In this document: one piece after another, positions 9,139-18,126 of the stretch | Position numbering within the stretch: position 1 is the first letter of the stretch | Layout of the letters: every line of letters begins with the position of its first letter | Assembly: GCF_000406145.1 (NCBI RefSeq) | Contig: NZ_CM001976.1 | Location: 3,479,263-3,511,262, forward strand | DNA from: Dickeya dadantii NCPPB 898 | GTDB lineage: Bacteria > Pseudomonadota > Gammaproteobacteria > Enterobacterales > Enterobacteriaceae | Direction of reading: 5' to 3' | Length of the DNA stretch: 32,000 bases | The notes under the pieces: generated by a model | Seen by the model: the letters and a program-made list of their open reading frames with translations, nothing else | Database searches by the model: none | What the model was told of the DNA's origin: nothing | Position numbers and translations under genes: made by a program

Positions 9139-10413
9139 TTAATTCAGTAACGCCGCGAGACGCGCCGCCACATCCGCCTGAGCCAGGGTTTCCTGCTCGC
9201 CGCTGGTCAGGTTTTTTACCACCACCTGACCTGCCGCCACTTCGGTTTCACCCAGCACCAGCGCAACCCGCGCCCCGCTCTTGTCCGCGCGGGCAAACTG
9301 TTTCTTGAAATTACCGCCGCCGTAGTTGGTCATCAGCTTCAACTGCGGCAGCGCGTCGCGCACTTTTTCCGCCAGTTGAATCGCCGCATGCTGTGTGCCG
9401 GCGCCGGATGAAATCAGGTACGCGTCTACGCCAGGCTGCGCCGCGAACGCCGGATTGACGGTCTGCACCAGCAGCACCAGACGTTCCAGCCCCATGGCAA
9501 AACCCACCGCCGGCGTACTGGAGCCGCCAAGCTGCTCGACCATGCCGTCATAACGACCGCCGCCACACACCGTCCCCTGAGAACCCAGACTGCTGGTCAC
9601 CCATTCGAAAACGGTACGGTTGTAATAGTCCAACCCGCGAACCAGCCGCGGATTGACCTTATATGGGATGCCGGACTGGGTTAAAAGTTCACACAATTCA
9701 TCGAAATGCGCGCGCGAGTCGTCATCCAGATAATCGGTCAGCACCGGCGCGTTATCCAGCAACGCCTGTACCTGGGCATTCTTGGAGTCGAGCACACGCA
9801 GCGGATTGGTATACATGCGGCGCAGGCAGTCTTCATCCAGCTGATCTTTATGTTCTTCCAGGAAAGCAATCAGCGCTTCGCGGTAGCGAGCGCGGGCGTC
9901 CAACGAACCGATCGAGTTCAATTCCAGACTGACATGCTGATCGATGCCCAGCACACGCCACCAGCGGGCAGTCATCAGGATCATTTCTGCATCCACATCC
10001 GGCCCTTTCAGGCCAAACACTTCGCAACCCAACTGATGGAACTGGCGATAACGCCCTTTTTGCGGGCGTTCGTGGCGGAACATCGGGCCGATATACCACA
10101 GACGCTGTTCCTGATTGTACAGAATGCCGTGCTCGATCCCGGCGCGGACACACCCTGCCGTACCTTCGGGACGCAACGTCAGGCTGTCGCCGTTGCGATC
10201 CTCAAAAGTGTACATTTCCTTTTCAACCACATCGGTGACTTCGCCAATCGCACGTTTGAACAGCGAGGTTTGCTCGACGATAGGCATACGGATTTCGCTA
10301 TAACCGTACCCGCGGAGTACCTGTTTCAGGCTGTCTTCAATACGCTGCCACAGTGCCGTTTCGGCTGGCAGGTAGTCGTTCATGCCACGGATGGCTTGAA
10401 TATTCTTTGCCAC
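9139..10413 (-). CDS. hisS: Histidine--tRNA ligase
   Basis: 424 aa with a GTG start, [33 protein letters not shown]...; nearly collinear with E. coli HisS. Confidence 0.97.
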   Translation of the reverse strand: MAKNIQAIRGMNDYLPAETALWQRIEDSLKQVLRGYGYSEIRMPIVEQTSLFKRAIGEVTDVVEKEMYTFEDRNGDSLTLRPEGTAGCVRAGIEHGILYNQEQRLWYIGPMFRHERPQKGRYRQFHQLGCEVFGLKGPDVDAEMILMTARWWRVLGIDQHVSLELNSIGSLDARARYREALIAFLEEHKDQLDEDCLRRMYTNPLRVLDSKNAQVQALLDNAPVLTDYLDDDSRAHFDELCELLTQSGIPYKVNPRLVRGLDYYNRTVFEWVTSSLGSQGTVCGGGRYDGMVEQLGGSSTPAVGFAMGLERLVLLVQTVNPAFAAQPGVDAYLISSGAGTQHAAIQLAEKVRDALPQLKLMTNYGGGNFKKQFARADKSGARVALVLGETEVAAGQVVVKNLTSGEQETLAQADVAARLAALLN

Positions 10414-10466
10414 GTCAGTTCTCTATGCGTTTTCAGCAATTAATGCGCTTTTAAAAAATAGACCCG

Positions 10467-10496
10467 ATTATAGGAGCAACGACGCAATGTCTTCAA
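10467..10496 (-). promoter_or_regulatory. Candidate hisS promoter
   Basis: The minus strand reads TTGAAG (10496-10491), an 18-nt spacer, then TATAAT (10472-10467). It lies about 55 nt upstream of the hisS GTG. Confidence 0.35.
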
Positions 10497-10565
10497 TGTC
10501 GCTGCCGCTATCATCGGGCGCTTCAATTCAGGAATTCGGGCCGGATCGCATTCGGACAGGCCGGA

Positions 10566-11687
10566 TCACTTATCCACCAGATTGACGGCGATACGCTGTG
10601 TTTCATCCAGCATCGACGCCTTGGCGCGGATCCTGGCCTCCAGTTGGTCGATCATATCATCGTTGTCAAAGCGCTCTTTCTGACGGACACCATCTTCGTA
10701 AAAACCGCTCTTCTTGTTGCCGCCGGTCACGCCCAGTGTCGATACCAGCGCCTCGCCCGGACCGTTAACCACGCAACCGATGATCGACACATCCATCGGC
10801 GTGATAATGTCTTCCAGCCGCTGTTCCAGCGCGTTCACCGTGCCGATCACATCGAATTCCTGACGGGAGCAGGTCGGGCAGGCGATGAAGTTAATGCCGC
10901 GAGAACGAATACGCAGTGACTTGAGAATGTCGAAACCGACCTTGACCTCTTCCACCGGATCGGCTGCCAGCGACACACGCAGCGTATCGCCGATGCCTTC
11001 GGAAAGCAGCAATCCCAGGCCGATGGCGGATTTCACCGCGCCGCTGCGCGCGCCGCCCGCTTCGGTGATCCCCAGATGCAACGGTTGATCGATACGAGAC
11101 GCCAGCAAGCGATAGGACTGCACCGCCAGGAACACGTCCGACGCTTTGACGCTGACCTTGAACGTGTGGAAATTGAGACGATCGAGAATATCCACATGAC
11201 GCATGGCGGATTCCAGCAACGCTTCCGGCGTCGGTTCGCCGTACTTTTCCTGCAGATCCTTTTCCAGCGAACCGGCGTTAACGCCAATGCGGATCGGAAT
11301 ATTTTTGTCGCGCGCACAGTCCACCACCGACCGGATACGCTCTTCGCTACCGATGTTGCCGGGGTTGATGCGCAGGCAATCGACCCCGTATTCCGCCACT
11401 TTCAGCGCGATGCGGTAGTCAAAATGGATATCCGCCACCAGCGGCACATCCACCTGCTGTTTAATCAGACGAAATGCTTCGGCGGCATCCATGGTCGGCA
11501 CCGAGACGCGCACGATGTCCACGCCAACCCGTTCCAGCGACTTGATCTGCCTAACCGTGGCATCGACATCCGTGGTGCGGGTATTGGTCATCGACTGCAC
11601 GGCAATCGGCGCGCCATCACCGACAGGCACCTTGCCGACGTAAATCCGGGTTGATTTGCGGCGGTTGATGGGTGCAGGACTATGCAT
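10566..11687 (-). CDS. ispG: 4-hydroxy-3-methylbut-2-en-1-yl diphosphate synthase (flavodoxin)
   Basis: 373 aa starting [41 protein letters not shown], with the C-terminal Fe-S Cys motif [10 protein letters not shown]...GCVVNGPGE. It is collinear with E. coli IspG. Confidence 0.97.
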   Translation of the reverse strand: MHSPAPINRRKSTRIYVGKVPVGDGAPIAVQSMTNTRTTDVDATVRQIKSLERVGVDIVRVSVPTMDAAEAFRLIKQQVDVPLVADIHFDYRIALKVAEYGVDCLRINPGNIGSEERIRSVVDCARDKNIPIRIGVNAGSLEKDLQEKYGEPTPEALLESAMRHVDILDRLNFHTFKVSVKASDVFLAVQSYRLLASRIDQPLHLGITEAGGARSGAVKSAIGLGLLLSEGIGDTLRVSLAADPVEEVKVGFDILKSLRIRSRGINFIACPTCSRQEFDVIGTVNALEQRLEDIITPMDVSIIGCVVNGPGEALVSTLGVTGGNKKSGFYEDGVRQKERFDNDDMIDQLEARIRAKASMLDETQRIAVNLVDK

Positions 11688-11723
11688 GACTTCTTCTCCA
11701 CAATTGCCAGTGCGACGGCACGA

Positions 11724-12725
11724 TTACTGAGCCGTCAGCGTAATACGAGCCACCTGATGGCTTTTGACAAACCGGCTCAAATCCACCGGCTTGCCCTGAA
11801 ACTCAACCTGCACCGCGCCCGGCGCGCCGATTTTTAACCGGTACGGCGCCTGGCCGGTCAGATTCAGCACATTGCCGTTACGCTGTACGCCGCTGAATAA
11901 TTTCTTGCCGGCGGCATCAACCACTTCCAGCCAGCAATCCGCCGTAAAGCGCATCACGATAGCCCCCGGCGCACCGGAAGCATCAGCCGCGGCCGCAGCG
12001 CTGGCAGGCGCGGTGGCCGACTGATTCAGCAACGGCTGTTCGGAAACCTGTGCCTGAGGCGCCGCGCTGGCGGCGGCAGGCGCGTTAGCCGTCGGGGCGA
12101 CCGACGTAGAACCAGCAGGCTGCGACGGCACGGCGGCAGGCGAATTAAGTTCGATAGGCTGCCCGTTGCCGGACGGCGCGCCCGCAGCGCTTTCATCGTT
12201 ATCCACCGGTTCCGGATCGCTATTCGCATCGACGGCCTGTCCGTCTTTAGGGCTCTGGGAAGCGTTAGCGTGGTCCACCATCGAATTGATTTCCCGCTGC
12301 TGCGCCTGGTGGTTCTGCCACCACCAGGCCACCGTCAGGCCCAATACGCCGAGCAGAATCAACCAGGTGAACAGCATCAACCAGCCATCACGCTTCTTGC
12401 GGCTTTTTCCCAACGCCAGACTCTGCATCGGCGCCACATTGGAGACACGACTCGGCACGACCTGTTTTTCCAGCATCGGCAGCAATTCGTCTTCAGGAAG
12501 GTGAACCAGTCGGGCATAAGAGCGGATATAACCGCGCAGGAAGGTAGGGGCAAGGCCAGCGGGCGTATTGTTGTCTTCTAGTTCGCGAACGGTCGACACT
12601 TTCAGGCACAACCGTTCTGCAACAACCTGTTGCGTCAGTCCCAACCGCTCGCGCGCTTCGCGCAAACGCTCGCCAGGGGTCATTATCGTTGCTGCAGTAT
12701 TATCTTGAGTGGCTTCAGTATTCAT
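11724..12725 (-). CDS. rodZ: Cytoskeleton protein RodZ
   Basis: 333 aa with an N-terminal HTH ([12 protein letters not shown]...[31 protein letters not shown]), a TM segment [22 protein letters not shown], an Ala/Pro/Ser-rich linker and the conserved C-terminus [20 protein letters not shown]. It matches E. coli RodZ. Confidence 0.95.
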   Translation of the reverse strand: MNTEATQDNTAATIMTPGERLREARERLGLTQQVVAERLCLKVSTVRELEDNNTPAGLAPTFLRGYIRSYARLVHLPEDELLPMLEKQVVPSRVSNVAPMQSLALGKSRKKRDGWLMLFTWLILLGVLGLTVAWWWQNHQAQQREINSMVDHANASQSPKDGQAVDANSDPEPVDNDESAAGAPSGNGQPIELNSPAAVPSQPAGSTSVAPTANAPAAASAAPQAQVSEQPLLNQSATAPASAAAAADASGAPGAIVMRFTADCWLEVVDAAGKKLFSGVQRNGNVLNLTGQAPYRLKIGAPGAVQVEFQGKPVDLSRFVKSHQVARITLTAQ

Positions 12726-13470
12726 TAGCTAAGAACTGCTGGTACTGTTTGGATTGTGGAAAACTTCGCGCCAGCAATCCGCCATAACGTGTTACCTCGT
12801 CATGATGCCCCGCCAGCGCGGCGAAACGAATCTGTAGCCACAGACTTTCGGCGCTTGCCGTCATCAATGGCTGGTAAATATTCAGGAGCAATCGCGCCTG
12901 ATCATAGCGTCCGGCAGCAAAGCGGCTGTTCGCTTCCGCCAGAAGCCGGTTTCCTCTGGCGGGATCGTATCTCAGCGCACGGCTGAGCCACTGACTCGCC
13001 TCATCCGGCCGACCGGCGTTGAGGAAGCAATATCCCGCGTTCTCAAGTGCATCGGCAACCTGATGGTAATCAGGGAGTTGCGCAGCAGCGGCGAACTGCC
13101 GTTGCGCCGCTACATACTGCCCTAAACCACAGAGAAACGCACCGTAATTATTCATTATGCCGCCGTTGGCGGGTGCCTGCCGCAGCAGGCGACGATAACG
13201 TGTCTCAGCAGCCTGATTCTCGCCGATGCGCTGCTCGTACAGCGCCATTCCCAACTGGGTCCGGTAATCATCCGGCGCGAGCTGCTCCGCTTTTTGCAGA
13301 TTGTCGCGCGCGGCGTCAAGATTATTACGGGCCAGATACTCCAGCCCCAGTTGCAACCGCGTCTGCGCCGCCGCGGGACTCACCTGCTTCGATGGCGTTT
13401 GCGCACACCCGGCCAGCAGTCCCATGCCTGCGGCCAGCGCCACGGCTTTACCCAGTAACATCCGTTTCAT
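12715..13470 (-). CDS. pilW: TPR-repeat lipoprotein, PilW-like (type IV pilus biogenesis/stability protein family)
   Basis: 251 aa with signal peptide and lipobox [23 protein letters not shown], followed by repeated TPR-like helices ([50 protein letters not shown] ...). The stop overlaps the rodZ start by 11 nt. There is no counterpart at this position in E. coli K-12. The name follows the usual annotation of this family and the function is not verified. Confidence 0.6.
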   Translation of the reverse strand: MKRMLLGKAVALAAGMGLLAGCAQTPSKQVSPAAAQTRLQLGLEYLARNNLDAARDNLQKAEQLAPDDYRTQLGMALYEQRIGENQAAETRYRRLLRQAPANGGIMNNYGAFLCGLGQYVAAQRQFAAAAQLPDYHQVADALENAGYCFLNAGRPDEASQWLSRALRYDPARGNRLLAEANSRFAAGRYDQARLLLNIYQPLMTASAESLWLQIRFAALAGHHDEVTRYGGLLARSFPQSKQYQQFLANEY

Positions 13471-13630
13471 CCCTGATACTCCTCTTGCGAGCCATCCTGG
13501 CTCGTCGAATCCGTGACATGTTACCGCAATCTAACGCCTGTGACAGCCCACCGCCGATGGCGGCCTGCCTTGTACGGTGGCAGGTCATCAATGACCACAC
13601 CGTATGATAAGCCCCGAAAACGCATTTATC

Positions 13631-13654
13631 ACCTGCTTTCCTGAGAAAGCAGGT
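13631..13654 (-). terminator. Hairpin 17 nt downstream of rlmN (terminator or attenuator)
   Basis: Perfect 10-bp stem ACCTGCTTTC / GAAAGCAGGT with a 4-nt loop. On the minus strand it is followed by GATAAATGCGTTTTCGG, so the T run is not immediately adjacent. Confidence 0.45.
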
Positions 13655-13670
13655 TGATTTGACATCATTT

Positions 13671-14849
13671 TCAGACGGTTTTTACCGCAATCGTGTCGCG
13701 TTGCATCTTTTTCTTCAACGTACGCTTGGTGCGATCCACCACTTCTCCCGCCAACTGACCGCAGGCGGCATCGATATCATCGCCGCGGGTTTTACGCACG
13801 ATGGTGGTGAAACCGTACTCCATCAGCACCTTGGAAAAGCGATCGACCCGGCTGTTGGAACTGCGGCCGTAAGGTGCGCCGGGGAACGGGTTCCACGGAA
13901 TCAGGTTGATCTTGCACGGCGTGTCTTTCAGACACTCGGCCAGTTGATGGGCATGCTCGGTACCGTCGTTGATGTGATCCAGCATCACGTATTCCACGGT
14001 CACACGCCCTTGATTGGCGTTGGATTTCTCCAGATAGCGACGCACGGCGGACAGGAAGGTTTCGATATCATACTTCTTGTTGATTGGCATGATTTCGTTA
14101 CGAATTTCATCGGTCGGCGCATGCAGGGAAATCGCCAGCGCCACGTCGATCATGTCGCCGAGTTTATCCAGCGCCGGCACCACACCGGAAGTCGACAGCG
14201 TAACGCGGCGTTTGGACAGGCCGAAACCAAAATCATCCAGCATAATTTCCATCGCCGGCACCACATTGGTCAGGTTCAGCAGCGGTTCGCCCATCCCCAT
14301 CATCACCACGTTGGTAATCGGGCGCTGACCAGTCACTTTGGCGGCGCCGATAATTTTCGCCGCGCGCCATACCTGCCCGATAATTTCGGATACGCGCAGG
14401 TTGCGGTTGAAGCCCTGCTGCGCCGTAGAACAGAATTTGCACTCCAGCGCGCAACCAACCTGTGAGGAGACGCAAAGCGTGGCGCGGTCTTCTTCCGGAA
14501 TGTACACCGTTTCTACCCGCTGACCGTCAACCAGAATCGCCCACTTGATGGTGCCATCGGAAGAGCGTTGTTCGTCTACTACCTCGGGCGCCCGAATTTC
14601 CGCGATCGCCTGCAGCTTGCCGCGCAGCACCTTATTAATGTCGGTCATCTGGTTAAAATCATCACAGCAGTAATGATACATCCATTTCATGACCTGATCG
14701 GCGCGGAACGGTTTTTCACCGAGTTCGGCGAAAAAAGCGCGCATTTGCTGACGGTTGAAATCCAGCAGGTTGATTTTTTCATTGCTGTTGGCGGCAACGG
14801 CGATAGCGTCAGACATAGCGACGACGGGAGATACGGTTTGCTCAGACAT
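13671..14849 (-). CDS. rlmN: Dual-specificity 23S rRNA m2A2503 / tRNA m2A37 methyltransferase RlmN (radical SAM)
   Basis: Carries the radical-SAM CxxxCxxC motif ([14 protein letters not shown]). I chose the start at 14849 (MSEQTVSP...) because it matches the E. coli RlmN start MSEQLVTP. An alternative in-frame ATG at 14861 (MSQFMSEQ) cannot be excluded. The track ORF start at 14957 is an upstream extension. Confidence 0.93.
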   Translation of the reverse strand: MSEQTVSPVVAMSDAIAVAANSNEKINLLDFNRQQMRAFFAELGEKPFRADQVMKWMYHYCCDDFNQMTDINKVLRGKLQAIAEIRAPEVVDEQRSSDGTIKWAILVDGQRVETVYIPEEDRATLCVSSQVGCALECKFCSTAQQGFNRNLRVSEIIGQVWRAAKIIGAAKVTGQRPITNVVMMGMGEPLLNLTNVVPAMEIMLDDFGFGLSKRRVTLSTSGVVPALDKLGDMIDVALAISLHAPTDEIRNEIMPINKKYDIETFLSAVRRYLEKSNANQGRVTVEYVMLDHINDGTEHAHQLAECLKDTPCKINLIPWNPFPGAPYGRSSNSRVDRFSKVLMEYGFTTIVRKTRGDDIDAACGQLAGEVVDRTKRTLKKKMQRDTIAVKTV

Positions 14850-14896
14850 AAATTGACTCATGGCCTCGTTGTTACACGTTATGGCGCGAAAGGGAA

Positions 14897-14943
14897 ACGA
14901 ATAATAAAGAAACGCCCCGGATGAGCACGTGCTCATCCGGGGC
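14897..14943 (-). terminator. Rho-independent terminator of ndk
   Basis: 30-nt perfect palindrome GCCCCGGATGAGCACGTGCTCATCCGGGGC (14914-14943), followed on the minus strand by GTTTCTTTATTATT. Confidence 0.8.
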
Positions 14944-15021
14944 GCGGCATTGTACAAATTTTATAACACCCGCGCTACCTCAGCCGCATTTTTTACCGGG
15001 GCAGGCAGTGTTGCGCCGAAA

Positions 15022-15453
15022 TTAGCGGGTACGCGGGAAAACTTCGTCCGCGCTGAAGAAATAAGCGATTTCACGCTCGGCAGATTCCACGGAATCAGAA
15101 CCGTGCACCGCGTTTGCGGTAAAGCTGTCGGCGTAATCCGCACGCAACGTACCAGCCAGTGCGTTGGCCGGGTTGGTGGCGCCCATGATATCGCGGTTAC
15201 GCTGCACCGCGTTTTCAGCCTGCAGTACCTGAACCATGATCGGGCCAGACGTCATGAAATCCACCAGACCGTCAAAGAACGGTTTGCCCTGGTGCTCGGC
15301 GTAGAAACCTTCCGCCTGCTCACGGCTCAGGTGCAGCATTTTGGAAGCGATAATGGTGAAACCCGCGCTTTCGAAACGGGCATAAATCGCGCCGATTGCG
15401 TTTTTGGCAACTGCGTTCGGTTTGATAATAGAGAAGGTACGTTCTACCGTCAT
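15022..15453 (-). CDS. ndk: Nucleoside diphosphate kinase
   Basis: 143 aa from the ATG at 15453 ([32 protein letters not shown]...), with SD GAGG 5 nt upstream. It is collinear with E. coli Ndk ([18 protein letters not shown]...). The track start at 15474 adds 7 unsupported residues. Confidence 0.96.
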   Translation of the reverse strand: MTVERTFSIIKPNAVAKNAIGAIYARFESAGFTIIASKMLHLSREQAEGFYAEHQGKPFFDGLVDFMTSGPIMVQVLQAENAVQRNRDIMGATNPANALAGTLRADYADSFTANAVHGSDSVESAEREIAYFFSADEVFPRTR

Positions 15454-15492
15454 ATTGGCCTCATCCAACAACATTATTCAGTAACAGCCGGT

Positions 15493-15693
15493 TATACCCT
15501 AAATAATTCGAGTTGCAGGAAGGCGGCGACGCAGCGAATCCCTGGGAGCTTACATAAGTAAGTGACCGGGGTGAGCGACAAATCGGCTCTCGCCGATTTG
15601 AACGCTGCTTGCAGCGGCCCGTATAGGGCGAGGCCCATTGATGGGCCGAGTAAGAAAGCCAACGCATCTGCAACCTGAAGTATGACGGGTATA
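15493..15693. repeat. ERIC (enterobacterial repetitive intergenic consensus / IRU) element carrying an internal insertion of about 75 bp
   Basis: The core GAATCCCTGGGAGCTTACATAAGTAAGTGACCGGGGTGAGCG matches the ERIC consensus, including both classic ERIC primer sites. The outer arms ATACCC...TTCGAGTTGCAGGAAGGCGGC and GCCAACGCATCTGCAACCTGAAGTATGACGGGTAT are mutually complementary. Extra hairpin-rich sequence lies at about 15579-15656, between GAGCGA and AGCCAACGC. Confidence 0.85.
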
Positions 15694-15936
15694 GATAAAA
15701 TTATAATACCAGCCAGTGCAAAGTGGCGCAGATTATAGAGGTACCGCCACGACTTTCCCATCGGGAAAATAACATTTTCGTAAAAAAAATTTATCCTGAT
15801 TACCCCTACGTATATAACAGGATTGATCCGGACAGCACGCCAACGTCAGGCGTGTTGCCCAAAGCCAGAAAATTCCAGACAATGCAATATCTTGTCTCAT
15901 TCTGGGCCGAAGAATCGGCTCACACGGGGAGGTTTT

Positions 15937-16791
15937 ATGTCCACATCCGCCGCCGGACTGTTTGTTAGCGCGTCCTGGCTGAACGCCCATCGCCACGATG
16001 CAGATATCGCCCTGATTGACGCCCGCATGTTGCCGCCGGGCAACGATACACGCGATATCGCCGCCGAATACCAGGCGGCGCATCTACCGGGCGCCGTATT
16101 TTTCGATATCGAATCCCTTTCCGACCATCAGACTCCACTGCCGCACATGATGCCGGACATCGACGCTTTCGCCGACGCGCTGGGTAAACTGGGGCTGAAC
16201 GAACAGCAGCATCTGGTAATTTACGACGAAGGCAACCTATTTTCCGCACCACGCGCCTGGTGGATGCTGCGGCTGACGGGCGCTTCGCGCATTTCGATTC
16301 TGAGTGGCGGGCTGGTGGGCTGGAAACAGCAGGGGCTGCCGCTGGAACAAGGCGACGTCTCGCCGACCGCCCAGGTGTTCCACGCCCGGCCGCCTGCCGT
16401 CGGCGCGATTCGTTCGCTGGATGACGTGCTGGCCCTGTGCCGCACCGGCGACGAGCAGATTGTTGATGCCCGCCCCGCGCCCCGTTTTCTCGGCGAGGTG
16501 GACGAACCGCGGCCGGGGCTGCGTCGTGGCCACATTCCGGGGAGTTTCAACGTTCCGTGGAGTGTTCTGGTTGAAGGCGGCGCACTGAAACCGGCGGACG
16601 AACTGGCCGCTATCTTTCATCAGGCCGGCGTCGACATTCAACGCCCGATTGTCGCCAGTTGCGGCTCCGGCGTGACGGCATCGGTGGTGATGCTGGCGCT
16701 GTTTGTGCTCAATGCGCCGCAGGTCTCGCTTTACGACGGTTCGTGGAGCGAATGGGGCGCCCGCGACGATGTGCCTGTCGTCACCGGGTGA
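15937..16791 (+). CDS. sseA: 3-mercaptopyruvate sulfurtransferase (tandem rhodanese)
   Basis: 284 aa from the ATG at 15937 (SD GGGGAGG): MSTSAAGLFVSASWLNAHRHDADIALIDARMLPPG..., with the active-site loop IVASCGSGVTA. It aligns with E. coli SseA (MSTTWFVGADWLAEH...). The track start at 15823 is an upstream extension. Confidence 0.93.
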   Translation: MSTSAAGLFVSASWLNAHRHDADIALIDARMLPPGNDTRDIAAEYQAAHLPGAVFFDIESLSDHQTPLPHMMPDIDAFADALGKLGLNEQQHLVIYDEGNLFSAPRAWWMLRLTGASRISILSGGLVGWKQQGLPLEQGDVSPTAQVFHARPPAVGAIRSLDDVLALCRTGDEQIVDARPAPRFLGEVDEPRPGLRRGHIPGSFNVPWSVLVEGGALKPADELAAIFHQAGVDIQRPIVASCGSGVTASVVMLALFVLNAPQVSLYDGSWSEWGARDDVPVVTG

Positions 16792-16838
16792 GCCGACAAC
16801 AATCGCCATCTCATCAGGAGGTGGTTTACGTCTGACAA

Positions 16839-16880
16839 TAAAAAACGGCACAAGGCCAATCCGCCTGCGCCGTTTTTTTA
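16839..16880. terminator. Bidirectional terminator between the convergent genes sseA and sseB
   Basis: AAAAAACGGCACAAGGCCAATCCGCCTGCGCCGTTTTTTTA: an interrupted stem (CGGC..AGGC / GCCT..GCCG) flanked by an A run on one side and a T run on the other. Confidence 0.6.
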
Positions 16881-16908
16881 TTCGTTTCGCTCTGCCTTTA
16901 ACCGCGCG

Positions 16909-17793
16909 CTATGCCTGGCCGCTATGCTTGAACTCGCGTAGGAAACTGCCCCATTTCCGCTCGTAAAACGGCGTGGTATGGCGAATCAGGAAGTGGCTGA
17001 TGCCGGGCTGATCATTGCTCACCAGGCAGAGATCGATCGGGCGGTCATCCGGCTGGGTATCGGTCGCCACCGATCCGGCCGCCTGAATCAACGCATCCAG
17101 ATCGTCGCCGTCGGCATCCAGACCGATCAGCAGGTGCGGCTGATCTTCATCCGGTTCCTGAATCTGCGCCAGAAACGCCCGTTTTACGTTACGGTGCTTG
17201 CTGAACAGTTGAGTCAGAGAATCGATCATCTGCGCCGGCATCTCAGCCGGAATACCGATTTTCAGTTCGGTGCCGCCATCAAGAATGTGCTGTTGCACCA
17301 GACTGCTGCCCTCGCTGGACAACAGGTGTTCGATCTCCTGCGGCAGAAACTCTTTGCCATACGGCAGTTTCGGATTCAGAAACAGCGTCGCGCCACGGGT
17401 GATATCAAACAGCGTTCTGACCGGCAGCGCCAGAAACGCTTGCTCATCGGTCACCGCCAGTTGCAGTGCCTCCAGCGAGGAGAAAAACGGAACGGCGGAA
17501 TGACCATCCGGTTTTTCCCAGTGCTGTAACTGCAGCCCACTGCCTGCCTGCAAGCTACTTTCTCCAAACGCGTCGTCTTCTTCGCTGTGGCCCAGCACGT
17601 AAACCGTAGCTTCCAACAGTTCGCTGAAAAACTCGGGCCGGTGCGCCGGTTCCGATGCGGCCAGCTTTAACAACTCTTCCAGCCTGAACGGGGGGGGAAA
17701 ACTCCATAACGTTTCGTCTCCGTTTACCTTTAATGCGGTAAACAAACACACATCGACGACACGCTTACTGATATCAATACCAACGTAATACAT
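16909..17793 (-). CDS. sseB: SseB (enhanced serine sensitivity protein B) homologue; the ORF as it reads in this sequence, with an atypical 29-codon N-terminal extension
   Basis: From ...FRLEELLKLAASEPAHRPEFFSELLEATVYV to ...HTTPFYERKWGSFLREFK it is collinear with E. coli SseB (NELEDLLEKAATEPAHRPAFF ... FYERRWGGFLRDFK). The only in-frame ATG is at 17793. The E. coli-like ATG at 17707 is out of frame because of the G8 tract (see findings). Identity is confident and the start is uncertain. Confidence 0.8.
   Translation of the reverse strand: MYYVGIDISKRVVDVCLFTALKVNGDETLWSFPPPFRLEELLKLAASEPAHRPEFFSELLEATVYVLGHSEEDDAFGESSLQAGSGLQLQHWEKPDGHSAVPFFSSLEALQLAVTDEQAFLALPVRTLFDITRGATLFLNPKLPYGKEFLPQEIEHLLSSEGSSLVQQHILDGGTELKIGIPAEMPAQMIDSLTQLFSKHRNVKRAFLAQIQEPDEDQPHLLIGLDADGDDLDALIQAAGSVATDTQPDDRPIDLCLVSNDQPGISHFLIRHTTPFYERKWGSFLREFKHSGQA
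17690..17697. repeat. Homopolymeric G8 (C8 on the coding strand) inside the 5' end of sseB
   Basis: The plus strand reads ...ctgaacGGGGGGGGaaaactccat..., and the coding strand reads TTT CCC CCC CCG. Confidence 0.95.
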
Positions 17794-18094
17794 AATGATG
17801 TCCCCCTTTCACTGAAGCCATCACGCCCGTTCCGCTTGTACATTCAGAGTCAGTGCTCTGGGTAACCGTTCAATGTTAATGCTGGCGTGAAAGGTGAAAC
17901 AGAGGGCTTAAACTCAACCGCAAGGTTTATAGCCCTGGCTCTCCTTCGAAGCTCACTCTGTTTCATGTCGTGATAGCTAATCAACGACATGAGCAAGATA
18001 CAAGCCTCTCCTTGTCGTGCGTGCGATGAAATAACAAAGAAACTACGCCGTTTATCCCGCACGAAACCATTCACTGATCAGACAAACATCATTG

Positions 18095-18122
18095 TTCATA
18101 AGACAACGCGGCTGTTTGTCAA
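18095..18122 (-). promoter_or_regulatory. Candidate sigma70 promoter reading into the sseB upstream spacer
   Basis: The minus strand reads TTGACA (18122-18117), a 16-nt spacer, then TATGAA (18100-18095). It starts 4 nt after the pepB stop codon. The predicted transcript has a leader of about 290 nt before the ATG at 17793. Confidence 0.4.
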
Positions 18123-18126
18123 CAGC

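Noticed and set aside
10500-10565. Direct repeat GCCGGATC x2 and weak inverted repeats downstream of ispG; considered as a REP/BIME-like element or terminator
   Set aside because: The repeats are only 8 bp, the stems are 5 bp or shorter with mismatches, and there is no T tract. This is insufficient to call a repeat family or a terminator.
15492-15761. 89-aa hydrophobic ORF (minus strand) in the ndk-sseA spacer
   Set aside because: It is made almost entirely of the ERIC repeat sequence. ORFs across ERIC copies are a known artefact, and there is no SD or conserved protein features.
15723-16083. ORFs 15723..15968+ and 15733..16083- upstream of or overlapping the sseA start, and the extended sseA start at 15823
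   Set aside because: The SseA homology begins at the ATG at 15937, which has a GGGGAGG SD. The upstream parts have no similarity to anything I recognise and lie in the AT-rich promoter region.
16792-16908. Looked for a RyfA/TimP-type sRNA or small-toxin locus, which I recall (unverified) lying between sseA and sseB in E. coli and Salmonella
   Set aside because: The spacer here is only 117 bp and is essentially filled by the bidirectional terminator. There is no room for an sRNA of about 300 nt, and no small hydrophobic ORF.
17850-18074. 74-aa minus-strand ORF inside the sseB upstream spacer; considered as a small protein or type I toxin
   Set aside because: It has no SD, no hydrophobic helix of toxin type and no recognisable motif. 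It overlaps the predicted RNA hairpins, so the region is better explained as non-coding leader or ncRNA. Plus-strand ATGs in the spacer all stop within a few codons.
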